Below, piece by piece: positions 1 through 13,198 of a DNA stretch of 64,000 nucleotides. The position numbers were made by a program, and so were the translations under genes. Numbering within the stretch: the stretch's first letter is position 1; each line of letters starts with the position of its first letter. Origin of the DNA: Mytilus californianus (taxonomy: Eukaryota); contig NW_026262701.1 in assembly GCF_021869535.1 (NCBI RefSeq), forward strand, positions 34,906,001-34,970,000, in the 5' to 3' direction. Under the pieces are notes generated by a model. It was not told where the DNA came from. It saw only the letters and a list, made by a program, of their open reading frames with translations, and made no database searches.

Positions 1-471
1 CAAAAATGTGTCTGGGTGGTGTGACATGTCTTCCGGTAGAGTATTGTCTTATGAACTACCGCGTAAAAATAAATCCGGCATACATGTAATATATGCTGCT
101 GGACGTAAATCATTTTATTAATCTATCTAACTTGTTTTGTATTGCCTTAAATTTTGACCTGGGGCAACACCAAAGATGCAGTTTTTATCGAAATGCATTT
201 TTTTTTACCAAAATAGAAAACGAAGAGTGTTATTCATAACTAAAAAAGCTCAAACCGGTATCTGTTATATTTTTCTTAACATATCATGATATAACCTGTG
301 ATCTAAACATTACATTTTGATAGTTTTGTTCTATGTTCTAATGCTGCAGTGCCATAAGAAAATTACAAGAGCATTCAATGGAATTACTGTAAAAGAGTCA
401 CAACTAGGCTAATATATTCATATTTGTTAAATGGATGTTTTGAAACATGAACAATTGCTCGGCTTGACTAG

Positions 472-714
472 ATTGGTTGATTGATTGGTGTTAAACGCCA
501 CTTTCAACACCATTGTGCTATTTCGTATTGGTCAGTGAAGCCGGAGTGCCCGGAGAGAACCACTGACCTTCGGTAGGAAAACTAGCAATCCTAGTCAATT
601 AAGATTGGAGTCGAGTGCACCTGCCACGTGTAGGATTCGAACTCACAACATCAGTGTTGATAGGCTAGTGATACAGTAGTTCGACTACTTAGACCACTTG
701 ACCACCAAGCCCAG
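472..714 (-). mobile_element. tRNA-derived SINE with 11-bp target-site duplication
   Basis: Minus strand has A box GGTGGTCAAGTGG, B box GAGTTCGAATCC and an (ATCA)n-like tail. GGCTTGACTAG is duplicated at 461-471 and 715-725. The paralogous site near 12000-12025 lacks the insertion. Confidence 0.8.
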
Positions 715-1727
715 GGCTTGACTAGAAAGGGACACCCTAATATCATTCAATATAAATATATGGAGATGTGGTTTGATAACCAATTCTACAATTATCCACC
801 AGAGACCAATGGACAAGGGTGTAAACACATTTAGGTGACCGTACGGTAAGTCAACTAATAACTTACAGGTCAAACAATCAGACTACTTTCTGTCCTTATC
901 TTTACTAGAGCCCATATATCATGACCTGTCCGTTTTAACTTATATATGGGTCAACCTCACAATAAGTAATAGCTTAATCATGATAAGGGTCCATTATTTC
1001 AATTGAAGATTATCAAAGAAAAAAAGGCGTAAAATAGACCTTTACTCATTTACAGACATATGATACTAGTATACAGACATGTATAGCATGATTTACTATT
1101 AAGAATTTTAAGTACGAGTATATTTGTTATTGAGGCAGCAATCATAAGACATTGAAATCTGAATAAATCTAAATATTTATCTAATTCTATCTTACTATCT
1201 ACAAAAAGATTTTGTGTGATTCCGTATCACCGTGTATGATCCTTTCAGACCACATCAATTCACTCCGGGTTTTTTTCTTCGCGTTCTTGTTGCGCAATCT
1301 TAAGTTTCCGAATGTTATTTGCCACGTTTTTTTTTTCACTTTTTTTTTATCTTTTTCATTTCGTCATGGTGTTGACTGTCTTTCTCTGATGTGTGGTTTT
1401 GAATTGCCTCATGTTATTTTTCTTTTTTTTTTACATAGGACAAAAGAGATTATAAGGTATACTCAAAATCCTGTCGTAGGAATATTTACTAATGATTGAA
1501 GTTTATTACCATTTTGATGTGAAATTTTTGTGAAAATCAATTAATGCATTTTTTAAATCTTTTGTTATATTTATTCTAGTGTACACTTTCGTATATTGTT
1601 TAGAAAAGAAAATAAAACAAAAAGACATGCACAGTACCGTGATAGTTTCTTGTAGCAAATTTATGTTTAAACGTTTTGTAATATACCATACAAACACAGG
1701 TCAGGGGGAGGGTTGGTGCCTTCAAAC

Positions 1728-2032
1728 GAGGTTTACCTGCCATATTCTGTATGGGCCTATCCCAAGTCAGGAGCCTGTAATTCAGTGGTTGTCGTTTGTT
1801 GCTGTGTAGCATATTTGTTTTTCGTTCATTATTTTGTACATAAATTAGGACGTTAGTTTTCTCTTTTGAATTGGTTTACATTTGTCATTTCGGGGCCTTT
1901 TATAGCTGACTATGCGGTATGGACTTTGCTCATTGTTTAAGGCCGTACGGTGACCTATAGTTGTTAATTTCTGTGTCGTTTGTTCTCTTGTGGAGAGTTG
2001 TCTCATTGACAATCACACCACATCTTAGTTTT
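1728..2032 (-). repeat. Abundant ~300-bp interspersed repeat family
   Basis: Same sequence (GATGTGGTATGATTGCCAATGAGACAACT...CAGGCTCCTGACTTGGG) recurs at ~2330-2465, 13205-13492, 19748-20125 and 26255-26535, with fragments elsewhere. Confidence 0.8.
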
Positions 2033-3194
2033 ATACAATCAAATTATTCATACAGCAAAACAGAAGAAAAGAACCAAACTCACTTCCCAAAAGATTCTGT
2101 CGCTATAAAACATAAGTTTAAATAACAATAACGTATCCTTTATATCAAGAACCAAACAGGGCTTTTACAAATATATATTGTGTTTTTTATATACGTTTAC
2201 ATCTATAGTGTATACCTTTTTAAAATGAAATACATGCATGTCTATGGAAATATTAGCTACGTATATTTATTCCGTTAACGAGGTACGGTTACAGTTTCAA
2301 GTTGCATGCATAATTTCTGAAAAATCGTTGAAATCGCCTTTTTCGGTGTGAGCCAAGGCTCCATGTTGAAGACCGTACTTTGACCTATAATGGTTTACTT
2401 TTATAAATTTTGACTTGGATGGAGAGTTGTCTCATTGGCACTCATACCACATCTTCTTATATCTTTTTACCTAACGCACTAGCTTATTTGTCATCATTTT
2501 TATATGAGAGAAAGCAATGCAGAACAACATAAATCGGCCAGAAAATGAACTGAATTTAACTAATAATCAGTGAAAAAAATCGTAATTATTTATGATATTT
2601 TTGCAGTAGACTTACTTGGAACTATTAGAGTATTCATCGTGTCGCTGTCGTTAGGATACAGTCGTCTAGTGTGTGAAGTTATCTCGACACGTTTCTTATC
2701 ACAAGTTCATATAGTATAAACTATAGAGTACACGATAAGACACAAGTATTATGTAACATTGTCCATTTCTTTTCTGCAGGTCACATTAATTCTCTATTAC
2801 CATGATTATAAAGCTAAATATTTATAATTCGGTTTCCATGTATAGATAAGGACTCTTACAGTGTCATTGTGATCATTATGGACGAATTTAGAACGACATA
2901 GGTCAGTAGATGAATCAAAGAGACTCGGAACAAAATGTAATTTAAAATAAAAATCTTTTCATTTCATCTCATTATACCATAATAAGACGTTCTGAAACTC
3001 GGTAAGAAATGTCATGCGTTCGACTGTGCCCACGTGATAGTCACTGTAACAAATAGACAAAATGGTTATGCTCGGTTTAAATAACTTAAAGTCAGTCTAT
3101 GAAAGGAGAAGGTAGGATACGGCCACATATTTACCCACACTTAAATGTCATTAATCTATTAAATGATTGCCATACAATATAGTTTGTGAGGATG

Positions 3195-3435
3195 ATGCTG
3201 GATGGCTGCTTAACGTCCAGCGGCAAATTAAGTGCATATTCAACCCTGCTTTGTACTAGACCGACACGCTACCCGGACTCATTATTCTGAGTTGCGAGCC
3301 GACCAGTCTTTGCTATTACTCCTTGGTGTTGTGTGCTAAGGGGAACAGCAAATACAAATTTTAAAGTCTTTGATTTTACCCTGCCGGGGTTCAAACCCAC
3401 GACCTCTTGTAACTTGAGGTGAACGCGCAACCACG
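3195..3435 (-). mobile_element. Second SINE-like family, decayed
   Basis: B-box-like GGGTTTGAACCCC on the minus strand; related segments near 32460-32660. Confidence 0.45.
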
Positions 3436-4559
3436 AATCCTTTTATATCCTTTTATCAATTATGTTTTTTTTTTAATCAAACAGATATGTTGTTTATTTA
3501 CTTCTTTCTAGATTGTTTGTTTATTTCTTTTTCTTAGAAAAATATGTCCAATTCCGTCTGTACCTGTTTCATTCATAATAGGTATCGAAAAGTGTAGAAT
3601 GTGAAACGTAGTTTAATTTAAACATTAAAGAACACAAAAATATATTTCAAAAGATTTCTCACATCTTTTCAATTGATCCTTAAAATTAAAGAACTTCACA
3701 TATGATATTAATGTTTTTGTTGTTGATGAAATCTTGTTGGATTCACGCTGTTTTATCATATTCGGACTGCGATGTGAAATACCTCATGTCTCTTTTTCTA
3801 TATTGGAATAAAAAGAATCATTAGAATTAAATTGTAAGAATTTTGTTTCTGACTCTGTTCACGGTTTTAATTATATCTTAATTCATTTTTTGCCATAATT
3901 TATTATTTTACATTTATTCTCAGTTATTGTATGTATAGCTAGACGTGGGAGGGTTAAACACTTAAGATATTGTAATGACATAATATTTGTCCATTGTTAA
4001 AGACCATATATATAGATTGAACATTAGAAGTAATAGTTTGGTGTGTCGATTAATTGGGTTGATGTCTTAATTATTTATGTATAATACTTCACATCTCCTT
4101 TATAGACATCAAGTGAACATATGTTAACATGCATAAATGATTCTTTTATCGTCTGAGCTTGGTTTTCTTCTTATTATTATTTTCCCCTTTGGATAATTTT
4201 TCGTCTTATGATCTTCACATTCTACTATTTTAGTAGAGATAGCTAGACATCGTCTAACCCAGTCCAAACCCTCCTCTAGATTACCCGTGTTAATTCAATA
4301 ACTGATTTGGTTATCTCCGTTTTTCGATTTATCTGTTGCCTTTAGATTATCTAATTAAGTAACAATATTTATAACCTAACTAAAAAGCATACGCGGTGTG
4401 TTCCTATGTTTTCATATCTAATCAAATGAACATTCGCGTTTTGGACGTAAATGCACAGTGCATGTAGTTTGCTGAAAAAACATGGATCATCTGGCTATCT
4501 TTAAATATGGATATTGTGGCAAAAAGTGGATTAGATTCGAACAGATGTTTATGTAGAAA

Positions 4560-7060
4560 AGCAGGGCAAATACAAATAACGAACAACTGTACATTGCCGG
4601 CTCATCTGAATGTTCTACAAAGAAATTGTCCATTAGATTGACAAAAATTCTGTCTTCAGAAATACTACGAAACTGTTTACTCGCGTAGTGGTATTAACCA
4701 TATGTGGATTCTAAAAATACTCTAAAGAACTTCTTGATAATTTTAAATCTCGATCTTTCTCTGAAATCAATTCTATCAAAACTTTATAACAATCCTGTAT
4801 ACCACCATTCCCCATGTGAAATGGAAGAATCGTCTAAAAGGAATAATCCACACTGCTTTTCAAAATATAAAAATGGTAGCATAGTACGGTATACATGTAT
4901 TGCTTTGGGATACCATACGGCATATTTTGTCAATAGTGAACAAAAAGGTAAAAAATACTACACAGAGGAACAAGTGATTAGTATGTTGGAGCATGGAAGT
5001 AATATTTAAAAGGAATAACAACGACTAATTAGCATGTACTAACAGCCTGCAGAGCTCTGTACTAAAGTCATATGATTTTATCCAATTATAGTCTCAGCGG
5101 CAAGACCGCTTTGGTTACTATCTGTGATACCGCGGTTGTAAAATGGCATCTGGAATTTCTTATCAGTCACGTGATTTTATCGAGTCCGGTAATTATAAAG
5201 CACCTGTGTGAAATCCGAGGTTTATTAATAAGAAGGTGGCGCTGTATCATATAAAACCTCTACCTTCAGAAAGAAGTCGTATGATGTAAAAAACTTGAAA
5301 AACGGACGAGAATTGTTCAACCTACAACAGTTTAGCTTGGAAAATTGTATTTAATTTAGCATATTTTTGCTTTTTACCGTTTGTTTTAAACTGTTCTAAA
5401 AGTATTTTTCCGGTTAAAAGCGGATCCCGAGTAAAACAGTTAAATACCGATGAATCGATCAGGTTTCACATGATGTTGAACAAAATAATGTAGACAGATG
5501 TAGACATAGAATATTTTACTGTTGAAATGTGCCAAGTTTATCGAGATTTATAAAAATATTTACTTTCAAGTAATTGATTACGTTATTGAAACTGGACAAT
5601 GAAAATCGGGATCAAAAGTTCGTAAACATGTTAAATTTATATCTATTTTAAAAAAAGTGTTTACAATTGAATACTAATATTAATGTAGCACGTTACAGCA
5701 AAAAGAAAATCAACCATACAAAACGAGCTTGACGCTATCGGTCTAACCGCAAATTTATTTTATATGAATTTGTTTATGTACAAATTAAAGAATAGAAACG
5801 TTTAAAATTGTGAATATTTAATTTGCCTGGTATACACGGAAGACTTGGATTATTCGTATTTAATAAAAGGGGGTCGAAACATATTTTTTGTACAATCATC
5901 TTCTTAACTTTCAGAAATGTCTTCTTAATTAACTGCATGGTTTTAAGTATTGAAAATGATCCACCCGTTTTCTTAAATTCAATATGTGATAACTGTCGGC
6001 CTAAACTATTAAGATCGAAAAAGACATAAATAGGAAAAATAGACTAAAATCAACATTGAATGACTGACTCTATTCGGTAGCGTACAGCAGCGGAATGTAA
6101 CGAGTGAACTATTCGGGTTACTTCGTACGTACATACGACAACAACTGGTCTATTCGTAAATTTCCGGGAACACGAAAATGACCGAAAAGTGTCAGTGATT
6201 TGATCTATCACATGCCGAGAGTCAATTACCATGCCATATATTAAACCAATTAACGAGTTATCGAAAGATGGGCGGTAACGCAGATGAAACCTTTGAAGTG
6301 ACGACGTTGTTATTCCTTTCAATATTACTTCCATGGTTGGAGTTTCTTATTGACAACTTATTTGTTGAATTTGGAGGTAGACTTTTTCAAAAAAAAATTC
6401 GGCATTCCTATGGGAACGAACTGTGCACCTCTCCTTGCCGACCTCTTCTTATTTTCATATGAGTCGGAGTTCCTTCAGACGCCTGTCAAAACAAGAAGAT
6501 CAAAGAAGCAAGATCATTTAATTTCACATTCAGATATATTGATGATGTTCTTTCCATTAACAATCCACACTTTTCTGATTGGGATCCATTAATAGATCCT
6601 CCAGATTTCGAAATTAAAGAAACAAGTCTCATTTTTAGACTTATACCTCGAATTTGACATAAGCGGTCATCTCAGTACCAGACTCTATGACTAACGAGAC
6701 GATTTTAATTTTGAAATTATACATTTCCCCCACCTTAGCAGCAATATACCAACTTCACCTGCATATGGGCTATACATTTCCTAAATCATTCGGCATCCAA
6801 GAGCTTGCAGCTGTCACTCAAACTTTATAAAACGTAACCAGTATCTGAGCAGATAGTCGATGAGCCAAAGTTATGTCAAAGAACGTCTGGTCCTTTTTCT
6901 AAAAAAGTTTATTGGAAGATACCAAGACCTTGTTGATAAATATTCCGTATCAACTTCACAAATGATACATGACGGTCTTGAAGTATAGATTCTAGGTACA
7001 TAAGTCAGAAGAGCATTAGTTAAAGAACAAAATAAGCTAAAAATATTGATAGAATATAGA
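4560..7060 (+). mobile_element. Decayed Penelope-like (Naiad-type) RT fragment, split by a TIR element
   Basis: ORF pieces ...TEEQVISMLE | FLIDN...GIPMGTNCAPLLADLFLFSYESEFLQ and a FRYIDD region, homologous to 45700-47550 (-). Confidence 0.85.
4992..6335. mobile_element. Non-autonomous DNA transposon, ~31-bp imperfect TIRs, 7-bp TSD (P-element-like)
   Basis: Left end CATGGAAGTAATATTTAAAAGGAATAACAACG; right end reverse complement CATGGAAGTAATATTGAAAGGAATAACAACG. TSD GTTGGAG at 4985-4991 and 6336-6342. Removal restores the host codons MLEFLIDN. Confidence 0.85.
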
Positions 7061-9557
7061 ACTCCTGTTTGAGATATTTGATTTTTTTTCAAACGGCGGG
7101 AAAAGGCTGACTCGGACTTTTACCTTATATTTAGCATTTGCATTATTTGGGTCTCAAATCGTAAGAAAAAAAATCTAGAATCTGCTTAAATTTTGGTAAT
7201 GACCTTTTTATGAGCTATTATAATCTTCTATGAAAAGAAAATTGGGTGATATTGGGCAAAATATTTAACCCTGTAACGTAGGAAAAAACCTAAGGAGTCC
7301 GAACATTTGACAAAATTTCATAAACAAGACCTGAGTACATCCAACACTTGGATTTTTTTCTTGGTTTCCCATTTAGATAATCATGCCCCTTGTGAGTAGA
7401 TTATCAATTTGAAAACAGACTAAGATGATAACACAAACGGATTTATATAATTATCAGGTTATATCGTATATCGATTTCCTCTTTCAATATTTCGTTATTT
7501 TACCTAAATATGCAAAGAGACTATGCAACGCCATTAGTCAATGACGTCAAAAAATTTGCATGAAAGGTCCAGGAAGATATCCAAACAAAAATTATAAGTC
7601 CAATAACTGACAATAACACAAAAAAAATGAAATAAACAATAAGACAAACAACAACTACAGAGCACAACGCAGAAAGCTAAAGATTGAGTGACACGAACCC
7701 TACACAAAAACCTTTTTTTGTGGGACCGCAGGTGCTCCGGAAGGGTTATATGCATCAGTTGCTGCTGAACTAGTGACATCTGGTGTGACGTGATTGTTAT
7801 TCAGGTGGAGCATATCCGCGATCATGTGTGACAAAAGATAACAATCGGTCTAGATCTTTAATGAAATGTGCAAATTTCGAGAGTAGTATGTAATTCATGT
7901 GTAAGACTTTTCGTGTTAATATAGAAAATTATGTGTTTTTTTATCATATTTACGGCTGTATTTTACAAAAATACAGAATTTTATTGTTTGATTAACTTTT
8001 TTTCAACTATGCCACATAAGGGAAGGTAACTCAGATATAAAGGGAGAAAACTCAGATAAAGTAATTTTTATTTTTATAATAGAATGTGTTGTGAATTTAC
8101 CTATTTTATTGTGTAGCAAGAAAACGAGTCCGGTGACCCCATTTTTTTTTTTTTTTTTTATCTGAAAGCATATTATTAGTGCTATCTTCTCATAATTTAT
8201 CTTTAAATTCTATGGTGAAGTTTTCTTTTTATCACACAAAATTGGGTTTTCTATGCATAATCTATACAAAATCTGACAATTTTGCACAAGCCGTAGCATG
8301 AAAAAAAGCCTGGTGACCAGTTCTTTTTATTATATTTTTGAAAAAGCATGATATAAACTACATTTTGACAAATTATTAAAAAATTCTATGGATTTCAATT
8401 TAGACACACCATCTACCTTAAGATAGAAAAAACATATTGCCATTATTTGTTGATTTAAAATAGATTGTATCATTGTGTAGAATATAGATTTTATTCGTTG
8501 TTTGATTTTGAACCGTAAATGACCAATATGTAATTCATATTAAGGACGATACCATTAACAAATTAAAGTTCAAGTTGACGGAGAGGGTTTGATCATTTTA
8601 AATGTTATGTTTAATAGTCGTTTTTGTCTAGTTGCATACATTTTTTTATTAAAGTTTTTGTCTTGCATTGTTATGTTGAGATATTTTGGAACATGTGTTA
8701 TCTACTGTGTATTTTCATTTTTGCATGTTTACGTTGCAGTACATAAACCTTCTTAAGTATAGTTTGGCCTATTTTTTGAAAAAGGTTTTCAATTCATATT
8801 TGGTAAGCAGAAAATGCAAAAATTGTCAGTCTGGTTTCAATTCTTTGTGGTTGGATGCATGTATGTTTAACATCCAGCAAGCAATATTTTAATCGTATTC
8901 ATGTTAATAAAATGTTAGAATCATATGAAAATACACTTCTTTGGACTGGCCTGAAATGATGACGGATATTAAGGTGTGATCTCACCAGGGTACATTTCGT
9001 AGGACGACATGTCACATGGCCGTATTAGACTTTCCTTCTCTCCGTAATTTTTTTTATCTTATTTCTAAATTCAGAAGACAATCATCAAATTCCATTTCCT
9101 TTTTTTTTTTCTTTGACCCGACAAAACTTAATAAACACCCTCCCCGGATATATGCGAAAACCATTCCACAAAACTTAATTTCCAGGTGATCTTTTAATTG
9201 GCAGGTAATTTGTATTTCTATCATTGTGTAACTTTATACCATTTGCCGATTTATTTTATAAGATCAAGAACATAAATTGTTACAAATAATGGTATGGGTG
9301 AAAAAGGATGTTACAAAAGTAACTACAATACGACAATCTAAGTCAAATCTGAAAACCTTCCTCCCTTCCGAAAAAGGAAAATGACTCTAACAAATTGAAT
9401 TCTTTCGAAAAATGTTGCTGAGCAAATATAATAACTCTTTTAGTTCTGTAATGAAATCATGGTAAATAAAGCAAATAAAAAATCTAAACAGAACAATGGC
9501 AATAAATTAATATTCAATAAGTATAAAGTAAATCATACGGATAAACATCGAATATGC

Positions 9558-10664
9558 TCAAGGTCCTTTACACGTTGACGAAATACCAACATATGCCTTT
9601 AAATTATCGTAAAATTTTATTTGTACTGGACATGGTCTGGTATACACACCACTTGGGGCACAAGTAAATGGCAGGAAAAGGCTGACTCGGACTTTTACCT
9701 TATATTTAGCATTTGCATTTTTTGGGTCTCGGATCGTAAGAAAAAAAATCTAGAATCTGCTTTAATTTTGGTAATAACCTATTTATGAACTGTTAAAATC
9801 TTCTATGAAAAGAAAATTTGGTGATATTGGGCAAAATATTTAACCCTGTAACGTAGGAAAAAACCTAAGGAGTCCGAACATTTGACAAAATTTCATAAAC
9901 AAGACCTGAGTACATCCAACACTTGGATTTTTTTCTTGGTTTCCCATTTAGATAATCATGCCCCTTGTGAGTAAATTATCAATTTGAAAACAGACTAAGA
10001 TGATAACACAAACGGATTTATATAATTATCAGGTTATATCGTATATCGATTTCCTCTTTCAATATTTCATTATTTTACCTAAATATGCGAAAAAGACTAT
10101 GCAACGCCATTAGTCAATGACGTCAAAACATTTGCATGAAAGTTCCAGGAAGATAACTAAACAAAAATTATAAGTCCAATAACTGACAATAACACAAAAA
10201 AATGAAATAAACAATAAGACAAACAACAACTACAGAGCACAACGCAGAAAGCTAAAGATTGAGTGACACGAACCCTACACAAAAACCTTTTTTTGTGGGA
10301 CCGCAGGTGCTCCGGAAGGTATACACACCACTTGGGGCACAAGTAACGTAATAATTGCACCCCTTGTAAGACTGGTGTTAGTAATCCTTTTTTCATGCAA
10401 ATGTCCGTTCCATTTCCACATCCGTCTGGAAAAAACATAAGAGTATTAAAATGTGGCCATCATAAATAACATAGAAATAGTTTCAAAATGTAATCAATTA
10501 AAACTGCTTTTCAATTAATAATAAATTACAGATACAACACCATATAAAGAGTATGAAAACCCAAACATCTGTAAAAAGTCAAAATCGCTGAAATGTAAAG
10601 AAGTTATTTCCTATTGTTAAACATTGACCACCAATTGGACACGGCAAATTCATACCACCTGGTT
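9558..10664 (-). pseudogene. Pseudogenised copy of the last two exons (chitin-binding region) of the mosaic lectin gene
   Basis: Homologous to 19124-19195 and 18752-18942. Donor site lost, 2-bp deletion, two Cys>Tyr changes and a ~650-bp insertion inside the last exon. Confidence 0.85.
9668..10319 (+). repeat. Local duplicate of 7092-7745 inserted with a 27-29-bp flanking duplication
   Basis: Near-identical to 7092-7745. GGTATACACACCACTTGGGGCACAAGTAA occurs at 9639-9667 and 10318-10346. Confidence 0.85.
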
Positions 10665-12354
10665 CTGAAAGAAAACAATTAAGTGTTGCTAAATCTATGA
10701 CAACCAAGTTGTGATCATATAAACCATATATAAATTGTGATATACTTGTAGTGATGTACGTCCATTTTCTGCGTGTTTGCATGTACACCTGAAAAATTAA
10801 ACGAACGCGTGTTATATCAGCAATATGGGTCATGACTGATCCTTGTCTGATTGATCAATGCCCTATATTCAAAGATCTGCGAGCGGCAAATCAAACAAAT
10901 TGATAAAAAGAGTGGTACATTTGTCTCCTATTAGAATGCAAATGAAATATGTTCGCCCAAATGAAATGAATATGTTTGAGATAAGAAAAAATAATCAACA
11001 ACATTTTTTTTGTGGGATCTTTCGTCATAAAATAACGATGTTATAGCATGTTTTGTCATTATTTGTTCCGAACAACCCTGTAAATTTAACATTTTCTGAC
11101 AAACGACGTTTAAACCAATCACTTAGTTGCTTAATAGGTTGCACTTGCCTAAATTGTGAAGTCCGCCAGTAACATCAAATAATAATGCATTGGTACTAGC
11201 AATCAAAATACAAATATTTGAAATTACATCAAATATAATTCATGATTCTATACATTGAAATGTATACCATAAATGAGTTGCACATATCTTAGGGTTATGA
11301 AATAATCTTGTTCTTTGTTACACTCATCATAGTAACACATTAAAACACTCATAAACTTGTTATGGAACATATACAAAATTGTAGTTTCATGTATTGATGC
11401 CATTGTCTTCAAGGCAGACCCGACCGATAGATTCAAACGAAAAAACTTATAAATGGATACTTGATGTTCTCCCGCTAAGGACGGTACATTTTGGACTAAG
11501 AGAATAAGAACTAGTCAGCTCCGATTACGAATAATGTGTCCGGATGGGGTAACATGTCTTCTTGTAGAGTGTTGTTCCACGAACTAACGCGTAAAAAAAT
11601 CCGACATACATGTAATATTTGCTGCTGAACGTTTACAAACATTTATTAATCTGTCCTTATTTGTTTTGTCTTTTTTTTCATACATTTTGTCTTAGGTAAG
11701 CACAAAAGAGGCAGTAGTTATGCAAATTTGCTGCATCAAAATAGAAACCGTACAAAATTATTCATAATCGCAAAAAACTCAAATCGGTATCCGTTCTTTT
11801 TTTCTGAACATAGTCATAATAACTGACATAAAATGTTGATAGCTTTCTTATATGTACAATTCCTGAAATGACATAATTCAGAAAAGTTTGCAATCAATTA
11901 AAGTTTCAAAAGAGCAAACGAGGCCAAACTCAATGGTTTATTTTATCACAACTATGCTAGTATATTCATGTTACTGGATGTTTTGAAAACATGAACATTA
12001 TTGCTCAACTTGAATAGAAAGGGACAATTCAATATCAATTAATATAAAAAAAGGAGATGAGACATGATTGCCAATGAGACTTTCCACCAGAGACCAAAGG
12101 ACGAAGATATAAACAACTGTAGATGACCGTTAAAAACTTACAGGTCAAACAATCAGACAACTTTCTGTCCTTATCTTTATCAGAGACCATGCATCATGAC
12201 CTGTCCGTTTTAACTTGTATATGGGTCAATCTCACGGTAAGGAATACCTAAGCATGATAAGGATTCGTTATTGCTATTGAAAATTATCATAGAAAACAGG
12301 TGGAAGATGGGCCTTAACTCATTTACTGACACAATGCACAGACATATATATATA

Positions 12355-13198
12355 TTATTGTTTTCTGTTTGGTATTAAATTTATAGTTAAGATTAATTTA
12401 TTAAACCTTGTGATCCGTTTATTAGGCAATCGCCAATGGCAGTCAGCAGGATTTAAGAACATTTGTTGTTCGACCTGTTAGTCAAATGCGTTTTGTTAAA
12501 ATATACTTTTTCACTTTTTTGGTCTTTTGGAAAATGTTGTTTGTGCTGTATTTAGACCCCTCTAACAAGAAATTTGTTTTGCATGCACACGTATAAAAAT
12601 TGCGGTTTTTATCCCACGCAATCATAGGTTTAATCGTTGTTTTTGATTTAGACTTGTTTATATTTTTTCGTTTTGGGCTTGTATTATATTTGCCTTCGGG
12701 TATATATGATCCGTTCATCTTATTTTGACTCCTCAAAATTCAAGAGTCTATCCTAAATTGAGGTAAATTTTGTGGCCTTCCAATAACCGTTTCGATACCT
12801 AACATCACTGAAGAGACATTCATTGTCGAAATCCGGATATGGTGTACAAAAAATCTTTGCACCTTTGTTTGCGGTATACCATCTTTGCCGCAAGTTTATT
12901 GTTTTCTGTTTGGTATTAAATTTATGGTTAAGATTAATTTATTACACCTTGTGATCCGTTTATTAGGCAATCGCCAATGGCAGTCAGCAGGATTTAAGAA
13001 CATTTGTTGTTCGACCTGTTAGTCAAATGCGTTTTGTTAAAATATACTTTTTCACTTTTTTTGTCTTTTGGAAAATGTTGTTTGTGCTGTATTTAGACCC
13101 CTCTAACAAGAAATTTGTTTTGCATGCACACGTATAAAAATTGCGGTTTTTATCCAACGCAGTCATAGGTTTGAACGTTGTTTTCAATTTAGACTTGT
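12355..13198 (+). mobile_element. Non-coding direct-repeat element with hammerhead ribozyme (retrozyme / non-autonomous PLE-like), copy 1
   Basis: 303-bp direct repeats (12355-12657, 12896-13198), period 541 bp, TA-rich runs on both sides, hammerhead in the unique middle. Confidence 0.8.
12802..12845 (+). ncRNA. Minimal type-I hammerhead ribozyme
   Basis: ACAUCA-CUGAAGA-GACA(UUCAU)UGUC-GAAA-UCCGGA-UA/UGGUGU. Core CUGANGA and GAAA intact, 4-bp stem II, palindromic AUCCGGAU stem III, 6-bp stem I with one G-U pair. Confidence 0.85.

Larger units (their letters stand above)
1..10900. repeat. Copy A of an old tandem segmental duplication (paralogous to ~11530-19700)
   Basis: Collinear diverged blocks: 1-400~11530-12000, 860-1050~12136-12330, 2640~14371, 7380-7560~16720-17020, 8430-9650~17620-18860, 10320-10850~18835-19680. 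Confidence 0.85.

Noticed and set aside
2610-2660. Possible first coding exon on the minus strand (MNTLIVP; paralog near 14345-14372)
   Set aside because: ATG and donor-like sites exist in both copies, but no downstream exon in a compatible frame was found.
11080-11130. Possible remnant of a C-type lectin exon (DWFKRRLSEN)
   Set aside because: Similarity is too short, with no WIGL motif or splice support.
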